From a virus, in the IMG/VR virus record IMGVR_UViG_3300029286_000018, positions 1 through 64,000 of that record: 64,000 nucleotides of DNA; one strand, given 5' to 3'. The notes under the pieces were generated by a model. That model was not told where the DNA came from. It searched no databases and worked only from the letters and a program-made list of their open reading frames with translations. Position numbers and translations under genes: made by a program. Shown piece by piece: positions 56,581-64,000 of the stretch (its first letter is position 1; each line of letters begins with the position of its first letter).

Positions 56581-57636
56581 ATGTCAATATCAGTAGGCTA
56601 TGATGTCGGTACAATGTTTTGTCAAATGGCTAAGCAGGACTCAGGTGGATCCACTGCCATGTCCACTATTCGCAATGCTTTCGTTGAAATTCCAGAATCA
56701 GAAGATGTTGAGGAAGTTCTTTCTCGCAATGGATGGCAATGGGTTCGTGACGGGAAAAGTGTTTTTGTTATTGGAGAAGATAGCGTTCAGGTTGCAAAGT
56801 TATTTCCAGGCAAAGTTGAGATACGTCGCCCTCTTCAGGATGGAGTTTTGAACAAGAACGAAGAGAAGAAAAATATAGTTCTCGCTTCTATCATAGAAAG
56901 TCAGTTAGGTAAGGCTATAGGTGAAGGTTCTGTTGTTGCAACTTGTATATCTTCTCCGTGCATAGATGGTAGCGGAGACAGCACTTTTCATACTGCTCGT
57001 TTGAAGGGCATGTTCTCTAGACTTGGTTGGAACGTAAAGGTAATTGAGGAGGCTCTTGCTGTAGTTCTTAGCGAAAGACCTTGCGTAATTGATGACGATG
57101 GATCTGAAGTTCCTTATTCAGGTATAGGTATGAGTTTTGGAGCTGGTAGGGCTAACTGCATGCTAGCGTTTAAGGGAATGCCAATACTGGGAATGAGTGT
57201 TTCAAGATCTGGCGACTGGATTGATAAAATGGTTAGCGAACAGACTGGAGTTCCTATTGCTCAGGTAATGGAGACAAAAGAAAAGAAACTAGATTTTAAT
57301 AAAATTGATATGGATAATGATGTAATGTTTGCCCTTGATGCTTATTATGACGCCATGCTTAAGCATGTTTTCTCTTTATTTGCTAAAAAATTCAAAGAAG
57401 TAAAAAGCGATTTTAACAAACCGCTCGACATCGTTTTGGCTGGCGGAACAAGCATGCCAAGTGGATTTGATAAAAAAGTTGATTCTATTGTAAGGTCTTT
57501 TGATCTTCCTTTCAAAATAAACTCAGTTAGAAAAAGTAAAGACCCAAGAAATTCAGTTGTTACTGGCTTGCTAACTCAGGCAGAAATAGTAAGACGTAAG
57601 TTGGAAAAAGGACAAATAACAAAGGATAGCATTTAA
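56581..57636 (+). CDS. Actin-like ATPase (MreB/ParM superfamily)
   Basis: Phosphate-1 GYDVGT, RRPL.DGV, connect-1 EE.LA, phosphate-2 SFGAG, SGD.ID, KE, adenosine VLAGGT. Confidence 0.8.
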   Translation: MSISVGYDVGTMFCQMAKQDSGGSTAMSTIRNAFVEIPESEDVEEVLSRNGWQWVRDGKSVFVIGEDSVQVAKLFPGKVEIRRPLQDGVLNKNEEKKNIVLASIIESQLGKAIGEGSVVATCISSPCIDGSGDSTFHTARLKGMFSRLGWNVKVIEEALAVVLSERPCVIDDDGSEVPYSGIGMSFGAGRANCMLAFKGMPILGMSVSRSGDWIDKMVSEQTGVPIAQVMETKEKKLDFNKIDMDNDVMFALDAYYDAMLKHVFSLFAKKFKEVKSDFNKPLDIVLAGGTSMPSGFDKKVDSIVRSFDLPFKINSVRKSKDPRNSVVTGLLTQAEIVRRKLEKGQITKDSI

Positions 57637-58361
57637 TGGGATATTGTACTCCACAACTTGTTCAGCGCATTTTAGTGCAATCTTTAACGTCTGCCACTAC
57701 TCCTACGACTACTGGTAAAGGTTCTTTGCTGAACTTTGGCAACAGTATTGATAAGAATCTCATCACAGATGAAATAATGAATCAGCACATCAATATTGCT
57801 GATACTTTCATTAACAGTACTCTGAGTGTTCTTTATAAAACTCCGTTAAGAGAAATTGCTGACATTGAGTGCAAGCTCGCTGTTGACATTGATGTATACA
57901 ATAATGAGGTGATACTTGTTTCTCCTCAAGCTAATGTATTTGTCCCAGGAGATATCATCGTAATTAATGATGGTGTTTATGAAGATAAGCTGACAGTATC
58001 AAGTATTATTGGTGATAATATTCTAAAGTTTGATGACATTATAGCGGGTATTTTCTCAGCAGATTCTACAAGAATCTTAAGAGTTAGATTCCCAGACCCT
58101 ATCCCAAATACGAGCGCAAGATTGGCTGCAGCAAGTATCTATGACAGATATTTTTCTGCACAATCAACAAGCCAGCAGTCTGATTTTGCCAAGACTCTTA
58201 AGAGTATGTGTAGGGCTGATTTGAATAATATCTTAAACGGACGTGCAGTTCTTCATGGTCAGCATAGAATTGGCGATAGATTCTTAAACTCGCACCTTAA
58301 GGACCGTTATGGCCTCAGGGGTATGGAGAGTGATTCTACAAGAGATGTGGGTGAATTCTAA
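57636..58361 (+). CDS. Putative head-tail connector
   Basis: GYCT...V, I..AD..IN..L...Y..P, P..I....ARLAA..IY pattern of gp6/gp15-type connectors, with an inserted beta module. Confidence 0.6.
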   Translation: MGYCTPQLVQRILVQSLTSATTPTTTGKGSLLNFGNSIDKNLITDEIMNQHINIADTFINSTLSVLYKTPLREIADIECKLAVDIDVYNNEVILVSPQANVFVPGDIIVINDGVYEDKLTVSSIIGDNILKFDDIIAGIFSADSTRILRVRFPDPIPNTSARLAAASIYDRYFSAQSTSQQSDFAKTLKSMCRADLNNILNGRAVLHGQHRIGDRFLNSHLKDRYGLRGMESDSTRDVGEF

Positions 58362-58654
58362 TGCCTTCACAAGATATAAGTAACTTGCAAAAAGAATTAA
58401 AACAGCTGCATGACTCATTGAATGTGCTGAAAGAAATTAAAATGAATAAGCCTATTTCATCAATGTCTTCTTCTGTGTTCTCTACCAGAGAAGCCGCTAA
58501 AGCTTCTGCTCCTTTTAGACCAGAACCTACAAAATCGCTATCCACCGAAGAAGTGGAAAAATTAGTGACAAATGAATCTGATATGGTTGATTATGTTGAA
58601 AATTTAGTATCTAAAAATTTGGATGATGTTATTGGAAAAATGTTAGGCGATTAA
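58361..58654 (+). CDS. Hypothetical protein
   Basis: TAATG coupling. Confidence 0.55.
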   Translation: MPSQDISNLQKELKQLHDSLNVLKEIKMNKPISSMSSSVFSTREAAKASAPFRPEPTKSLSTEEVEKLVTNESDMVDYVENLVSKNLDDVIGKMLGD

Positions 58655-58657
58655 TAT

Positions 58658-59557
58658 ATGGAAGAAGTACTTGATAGTCTTAGAAAAATAATCAACAGGT
58701 GGGTAAATACAGAAGTCGATCTCACTGAAGACGCTGAGGTCGGTGACGTACTATTAAAAGTAAAAACTGCGATGCGCTTTAGAGATGGTGACGAGGTAAT
58801 GCTAACTGATGGAAATGAATTTGAGCACCCTCTCTACGTAAAGAGTGTAGTTGATGAAACTACCATTGAGTTGGCTTCTTCTCTTAAGTTTGTGTGGTCT
58901 GTTTCTAAAGGAAGTAAAGTTAAAAAAGCAGTTGCTGGCAAGCTTGTTCAGAGTATTTTCTTAGGTGAGCCAAATGTAATTCAAAGATTCCCAGCCATCG
59001 TGGTGGTTGGAGATAATCAAAATTCACAATGGACTACTTTTGAGTCAACGACTGAAACATATGATGTAAGTATATCTTCATATATTGAAGACAGTACTTT
59101 AGAAGATGGATATAGGGCATTGATGCGGATGACAAAGCTTATTGAATTTGGATTAAAAAGAAATATGTTTCCATTAGTGGGTGAACGTTCTCATGCTTCA
59201 ATTATTCAGCCTATTGCTCCAGGTGATATATATTTAAAAGTTGATAGCACTGCAGGAATGGTCTCAGAGCAGCTAATACTTCTTGAAAGTACCTTCCGAG
59301 CAGAGCAGGTTGTCATTAAGAGTATCCTTGATGAAAGCACAATCGAATTGGTGCAGGGCGCATATTACCCATATCCTTTAATTGACGATCCTCGTGCAAT
59401 AATAGTGACAAGGTTCTTGTATAAGTGTTGGCCAAAAACAATTAATTATGGATTTGTCCATAAGGACACATTACTTAAGGCTAGCAAAATTAGTTGGTCT
59501 GGCGAAGAAATTCAACAGCATGGCCCTATCGGATGGTGGGATACTCCGAGAAATTAA
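58658..59557 (+). CDS. Putative tail terminator / completion protein
   Basis: I..G.P....FPAI.V pattern, two inserted beta modules, upstream of the tube gene. Confidence 0.55.
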   Translation: MEEVLDSLRKIINRWVNTEVDLTEDAEVGDVLLKVKTAMRFRDGDEVMLTDGNEFEHPLYVKSVVDETTIELASSLKFVWSVSKGSKVKKAVAGKLVQSIFLGEPNVIQRFPAIVVVGDNQNSQWTTFESTTETYDVSISSYIEDSTLEDGYRALMRMTKLIEFGLKRNMFPLVGERSHASIIQPIAPGDIYLKVDSTAGMVSEQLILLESTFRAEQVVIKSILDESTIELVQGAYYPYPLIDDPRAIIVTRFLYKCWPKTINYGFVHKDTLLKASKISWSGEEIQQHGPIGWWDTPRN

Positions 59558-59562
59558 TATCT

Positions 59563-60711
59563 ATGAAGATATTAATAATTGGTCCATCGCCCTACATGCA
59601 TCATGATCCTGGTTTAATAGTAAGAGATGTTCTTGAGCAAGCAAGTGCTGACCATACATTGTATGGGTGTTTTTTTCATCACGATTTTTCTAAACATCCA
59701 GTTGATCACGTACAAAACTATGTACACGGAGAAGTTTCTGTGCCATCTAAGTGGATAGACAATTCGCAGGCTAATGCTGCGGTTATAGATACTTATGACT
59801 GCATTATGGATAATGAAATTGAAGCAGTTGTAAGTGTTGGTTCTACAATGGAGTCAGAATTTATTAGAGCTGCAATAGAAACTTCTGGTAAATCTTTACC
59901 GTGGTTTCATGTAATGTCCATGTCAAATCACATGCATGATGATCGTTATTCTGAAACTTTAAATGCGATTTCTCACATATGGACTTATTCTGAATCTCAG
60001 AAAGAAAACATACAGTCAAAGTGTGGAGTGTTAGAAGATAATATTTCTGTGTTGTCAAGACGTAGTGAGCTTTTATCTCAATCTAATAGTGAGAAAAAAT
60101 GTGATCTCGTCTTTGGTGGATGGAATACCGAATCCTACAACTTGCGGTCAATCTTCGAAGCTGCATCATTAACCACATCATCTGTTAAGTGTTTGACAAA
60201 TTATTTCGAGCATGGCGATTTCGATCTTGACAAGATGGGAAATTATTTTTTCCCAAAGATTAATCTATTCCCATCCGATTTTGCAAGCTTATTTGAAAAG
60301 CCATCGTTTTCTCAGTGGGATGATTTTATAGAAAATTCATATGTATTTGTTGATATGAGCATGACTCAGAACGGTTGCTCTACCCTAAAAAGGGCATGGA
60401 AGTCTGGTGCTCAATGCGTGGTTATAGATACACCTAGACACAGAGAGATGGCTAGCCAGATGCCTGGTATCATTTTAGTAAAATCCTCTGTGTTTTTTAG
60501 TTTATCTGGGATTAAGCTGTATGTTCCAGATCATCTATTATTAAATCTAATATTGTCAGACATTTTGCAGGATAAACATACAAAAGTCTGCAAACCATCT
60601 ATAAGTAACGAATCTAAAGAAAAAGAACAGAAGGAATTCAGCAATTTATTAAATAAATTAATACGAATAGCATCTTTAGGAAGGTTTCTAGATCTAGAGT
60701 CAATAACATAG
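59563..60711 (+). CDS. Degenerate GT-B glycosyltransferase-like protein
   Basis: MKILIIG.SP....G start; late FVD.S...G...L..A...GA..V mirrors the GT4 motif but lacks the E-x7-E glutamates. Confidence 0.5.
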   Translation: MKILIIGPSPYMHHDPGLIVRDVLEQASADHTLYGCFFHHDFSKHPVDHVQNYVHGEVSVPSKWIDNSQANAAVIDTYDCIMDNEIEAVVSVGSTMESEFIRAAIETSGKSLPWFHVMSMSNHMHDDRYSETLNAISHIWTYSESQKENIQSKCGVLEDNISVLSRRSELLSQSNSEKKCDLVFGGWNTESYNLRSIFEAASLTTSSVKCLTNYFEHGDFDLDKMGNYFFPKINLFPSDFASLFEKPSFSQWDDFIENSYVFVDMSMTQNGCSTLKRAWKSGAQCVVIDTPRHREMASQMPGIILVKSSVFFSLSGIKLYVPDHLLLNLILSDILQDKHTKVCKPSISNESKEKEQKEFSNLLNKLIRIASLGRFLDLESIT

Positions 60712-60730
60712 GGTGGAGGAATTAATCAAA

Positions 60731-61117
60731 ATGGCAAGCATCTCTTTTAGTAAGTATAAAATAATTTCTGACAACATAGGTGACGCTCGCACTTCCATAC
60801 TGTCGGCAATCGACAATATGTTTGCCGCCGTTTATGAGGTAGCTGTACTTGACGATGTCCAGTCTACTCTAGATCTTCTACAGCCCATGTTTGCCGCCTA
60901 TCAGCTGGCAGATCAGACGCTTCGTAGTATCAATACTTTTACTTCTGCAGTCACAGCTTTGAATAACCACGTTGTGCGTAGAAATTCGTCTTATACAACA
61001 GTCAATGATTTTTTGGCTGCAAATAATGCGGATCAAGTAGGCAACAAGCTAGATCCAGAGTTTATAGATATTTCAAACACGCTTGGATACGCAGTTCAAT
61101 CTAAGTATTCTGCGTAA
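60731..61117 (+). CDS. Hypothetical virion protein
   Basis: GGAGG RBS; helical; directly before the tube gene. Confidence 0.6.
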   Translation: MASISFSKYKIISDNIGDARTSILSAIDNMFAAVYEVAVLDDVQSTLDLLQPMFAAYQLADQTLRSINTFTSAVTALNNHVVRRNSSYTTVNDFLAANNADQVGNKLDPEFIDISNTLGYAVQSKYSA

Positions 61118-61136
61118 TTAATAATAGAGGAGTAGC

Positions 61137-62246
61137 ATGTCAGTAGAAGGACAACCATCATTTAGCGTTCCTCCACCGTTGGGTCTTGCAGATCCAACGG
61201 CTCGTCCAGCATATGCTGGATATTCAGGCTTTGTAACATACGAGGCCACTCTTGGCGGTGCACTTAAGAAATATTTGCTACGCGCAGATCGCTGCAGCTT
61301 GAAGGGCACGCAAGCGATTGATACTGTCAAAGATATTGATGGTTCTATTGATTCAACCAGATATGCTTTAAAGTCTTTTGAAGTAAACGGGGACGTATCA
61401 TTCAATCTAGACTCTGCTCCAGACAGCGTTGGGTATAAAGCTTTTGCTCAGCTTTATTCAGATACAGTGTTGCGCAGTGCAGATGGTAGACTAAAGATTA
61501 GAGAGGTTCCTGGATCTCGCAATATGCTGGTGCGCTACAACAGCGAAGTTTCTTATAGATATCTTGATATAGTTCCAAGCAAAATGAGCATTGAATGTGC
61601 TGCTGGTGAAGCATTGCGTGTCTCCGTATCCTTCATGGGTAGAGGCCGTGAGGGGCCATTTGATGGCACTACAGCTGTCATGGGTGATGGTCTTGGCGCT
61701 ACCGTGGACGGTAGTGTCAATGTTGCTCCCGTGCGCGTAGTCACATATAACGACGTTACTATTGACATAGAGTCTGCCCCTATTTCAACAGGCGTTGTTG
61801 TCAATACTCCTCCTAGCATTACTCGTCTCCCTTTAGTTAAGAGCTTTAAAGTTGATATCGACAACGCTGTTGAGGCTGTTCATACGCTCAGCGGAACTCT
61901 CGCTGCATATGACCTTGTTGCTAAGAAAAGAACAATTAGTGGAAGCATAACATTCTTGGGTAGAAACAGAGACATTGGTGACTACGCATTGTATAATGAA
62001 ATTGGTCAAACTTCACGTGCCAACTTGCTGTTTAATGTAAGATTTGGCAACGTGACAAAGACTTTGTTCAAGTTACGTGGCGTGGTCTTTAAGATTGAGT
62101 CTATGGATCTCACTAATGACGTTCTAAACTCAACTATGGAATTTATGGCTCTTGGAGATCAAGCATTTAACTATGAATCTATTTCAGCTCTTGAAACTCC
62201 AAACACCAGTGCCAACGGATCTCAACATCCGTACCCATTCATTTAA
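61137..62246 (+). CDS. Major tail (tube) protein
   Basis: GAGGAG RBS; beta-rich with V.GD.SF, F...IDN.VE, R.ISGSI; followed by frameshifted chaperones and tape measure. Confidence 0.7.
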   Translation: MSVEGQPSFSVPPPLGLADPTARPAYAGYSGFVTYEATLGGALKKYLLRADRCSLKGTQAIDTVKDIDGSIDSTRYALKSFEVNGDVSFNLDSAPDSVGYKAFAQLYSDTVLRSADGRLKIREVPGSRNMLVRYNSEVSYRYLDIVPSKMSIECAAGEALRVSVSFMGRGREGPFDGTTAVMGDGLGATVDGSVNVAPVRVVTYNDVTIDIESAPISTGVVVNTPPSITRLPLVKSFKVDIDNAVEAVHTLSGTLAAYDLVAKKRTISGSITFLGRNRDIGDYALYNEIGQTSRANLLFNVRFGNVTKTLFKLRGVVFKIESMDLTNDVLNSTMEFMALGDQAFNYESISALETPNTSANGSQHPYPFI

Positions 62247-62280
62247 AATGTCGATAGAACATTGAGGTTCTATCGTATTT

Positions 62281-62688
62281 GTGAATAACTTAGTTATCAA
62301 TCAAGACGTAAAGGCTTATATAATAAGCGGTGGCTTTGTTTCCGCTGAGCTATTGGCTGAGCAGCCAGAATATCCTCTCCCAGAAAATGTTTTTATATTA
62401 AAATTAGAGTCTACTTGGAAATATCCAACTATATCAAGTAGAAAAACCTTGGTAAAAGAACTTGAGGTTTTTGATCCAATCAAGGTTGAGATAACAGTAG
62501 ATAATATTACATATAAAAATGCTTTTATTAAGCATTATATCCAATCTTGGAACATACGTGGTCCAGACATAGATGAAGGCGGCGACGCAAGTAAGATAGA
62601 AGACTTGCCATGCGACCTAGTTGACATCATGTATCAGGGTATTATGGGAGTGTCAAAAAAGGCGGAGGAAGAGCTGGGAAAAGTCTAA
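62281..62688 (+). CDS. Tail assembly chaperone (lambda gpG-like)
   Basis: I.SWNI, I.DLP; ends EEELGKV over the slippery site G_GGA_AAA. Confidence 0.7.
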   Translation: MNNLVINQDVKAYIISGGFVSAELLAEQPEYPLPENVFILKLESTWKYPTISSRKTLVKELEVFDPIKVEITVDNITYKNAFIKHYIQSWNIRGPDIDEGGDASKIEDLPCDLVDIMYQGIMGVSKKAEEELGKV

Positions 62689-62915
62689 AGGCGCTTCGTG
62701 ATATGATGACAGAATCCAAGTTTGATGAAGCGCCTGAAATGTTAAAAGAGTATATCCTAGCTCAAGACTTAGGATGGTCTTTAGAATATATTAGATCTTT
62801 ATCCGAAAATGATAGAGATAAATTTTTTATGTTAGCCATTACAAAAATGTCATATAAAAATTTCGATATCATGAATATGATGGCTATCACAACTACAGGT
62901 AAATCACTTATTTAA
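62676..62915 (+). CDS. Tail chaperone -1 frameshift extension (gpGT-like)
   Basis: -1 frame from GGG AAA AGT CTA AAG GCG CTT CGT GAT runs in frame into ATG 62703; LA..LGWS..YI..L motif. Confidence 0.75.
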   Translation, partial: GKSLKALRDMMTESKFDEAPEMLKEYILAQDLGWSLEYIRSLSENDRDKFFMLAITKMSYKNFDIMNMMAITTTGKSLI

Positions 62916-62925
62916 AGGAGAAAAT

Positions 62926-63312
62926 ATGGGAATTTTTATAACAGACAATGACACAGTAGACGTTTCTTTTTTTGTTGGGGCAGTTGACAATGAGATGCTT
63001 TGTTCAGAGACAGAGGCAGAGGCCAAGGACAAATTTAAAGAAAATGCTTTTGAAAAGCATTTCATCAGTTTTAAGAAAATGAATTATGGTACAATGAAAA
63101 AAGTACAAGCTGCATGCATGCAGGAATCAGACGGTAAGTTTGTATTTAATCCATTAAGATTTAGAGCAGAAAGATTTATGCAGTCTATTAAAAAGTGGTC
63201 ATTCAAGGACGCGGCTGGCAATACTGTTCCGATTAGTTCTCAAACAATCGACAGTTTGTCTGACGTAGTAGCAAACTTTTTAATTGACTTGTTTGAAAGG
63301 AAAACAGGTTAA
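62926..63312 (+). CDS. Second tail chaperone-like protein
   Basis: AAGGAG RBS; I..WSF.D..G..VPI....ID.L...VA pattern; directly before the tape measure gene. Confidence 0.55.
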   Translation: MGIFITDNDTVDVSFFVGAVDNEMLCSETEAEAKDKFKENAFEKHFISFKKMNYGTMKKVQAACMQESDGKFVFNPLRFRAERFMQSIKKWSFKDAAGNTVPISSQTIDSLSDVVANFLIDLFERKTG

Positions 63313-63316
63313 ATAA

Positions 63317-64000
63317 ATGGGTGCAGGTGAGCAAATCTCCGGGTTATTAGTATCACTTGACGCTTTATCCAAGGGCCTTGGAGGCGTTGGTATAAATGCG
63401 CAAGCCATCACGGGAAGACTCACTACTCTTTATCAAAGCTTTGTTGCTCTGTCTGTAGTTACAAATACTACAGGCAAAGAAATGGATGCTCTTGCTGCTA
63501 GAACTCTGCAAATTTCTAAGCAGATGGGTTATACCCAAGAGTCAGTCATTTCAATGCAAAAAACCTTGATGGTTGGATTTCAAAAACCAATTGATGACGT
63601 TGATACATTTAATAATCTTCTGGCAAGATCAGAGCAATTATTTGGAAGAAATGAGGAGTCTGCCAGCCGATTTATAGATACACTTGCAAAACAAAGTAAG
63701 GAAATGTCTTCTCTTAGAGATCTTACTCTAGAGATATCTAACATTCAGGGTCGTGCAGCCAAAGAAGGCAGGGAATTAAATGCCAGAGAGCTTCAGGGCT
63801 TGGAGGCTCAAGTAGGCTTAAGCCAGCAGATTTTAGAGATGAAGTTCATGACCGGCGAGATTGATATAGACAAATATAATACAAGCATGAGAATTATAGA
63901 ACAGCAAAAAGATGATCAGAGTAATATACTAAACGGGGCCAAGGCCTATACCGAGATACAACAAAAGCAGCTTGCCTATACGGTTGCTGAAGGCAATGCT
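63317..64000 (+). CDS. Tape measure protein, N-terminal part (3' truncated; not in ORF track)
   Basis: Open frame from ATG 63317 (MGAGEQISGLLVSLDALSKG...) to window end; helical Ala/Gln/Leu-rich; follows the chaperones. Confidence 0.7.
   Translation, partial: MGAGEQISGLLVSLDALSKGLGGVGINAQAITGRLTTLYQSFVALSVVTNTTGKEMDALAARTLQISKQMGYTQESVISMQKTLMVGFQKPIDDVDTFNNLLARSEQLFGRNEESASRFIDTLAKQSKEMSSLRDLTLEISNIQGRAAKEGRELNARELQGLEAQVGLSQQILEMKFMTGEIDIDKYNTSMRIIEQQKDDQSNILNGAKAYTEIQQKQLAYTVAEGNA

Noticed and set aside
56069-57636. ParMRC plasmid partition cassette
   Set aside because: No iterated centromere repeats or clear ribbon-helix-helix adaptor; context is virion assembly.
61137-62246. Tail sheath (myovirus) assignment
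   Set aside because: No sheath motifs recognised; size and position before chaperones and tape measure fit a tube protein. A sheath gene outside the window cannot be excluded.
1-64000. Stop-codon reassignment (common in some large phages)
   Set aside because: Genes are intact and tightly packed under code 11; TAA, TGA and TAG all end genes at sensible operon junctions.
1-64000. tRNA, rRNA or large ncRNA genes
   Set aside because: Intergenic gaps are short and no cloverleaf or T-loop motif was recognised by eye, despite the cca gene; a tRNAscan/Infernal run would be needed to exclude them.
1-64000. Complete DGR locus (reverse transcriptase, Avd, template repeat)
   Set aside because: No RT motifs or non-coding copy of the RCC1 repeat seen in this window; only the target-like mutation pattern is reported.

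Overview
A 64-kb segment of a large, AT-rich tailed dsDNA phage genome (Caudoviricetes, probably a large/jumbo siphovirus-like phage; no sheath gene seen; host cannot be determined). It is almost entirely + strand and covers the virion morphogenesis region. In order: (1) three paralogous Thr/Gly-rich tail fibres, LamG lectin-like proteins and an RCC1-repeat protein (1-13.4 kb); (2) a glycan cassette with a sulfotransferase-GT9 fusion, GT-A enzymes, a methyltransferase and an ADP-heptose pathway (13.4-20.5 kb); (3) intein-containing terminase, about a dozen putative internal head proteins, portal, a 1933-aa prohead protease/scaffold, decoration protein and major capsid protein (20.9-42.1 kb); (4) a Hef-like endonuclease, CCA-adding enzyme, further GTs, subtilisin, PhoH, an actin-like ATPase, neck proteins, tail tube, frameshifted tail chaperones and the start of the tape measure gene. 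Most notable: a pervasive [K/R]-x-A-[S/Q/G/N] motif that looks like a capsid-protease processing/targeting code and also tags enzymes (CCA enzyme, a portal-fused nuclease); DGR-like NNC/NNT codon hypervariation in the RCC1 repeats; an unannotated -1 frameshift adding a Zn ribbon upstream of portal; a nested internal scaffold gene; and a possible virion heptosylation system. All functional calls come from motif recognition by eye, without database searches.
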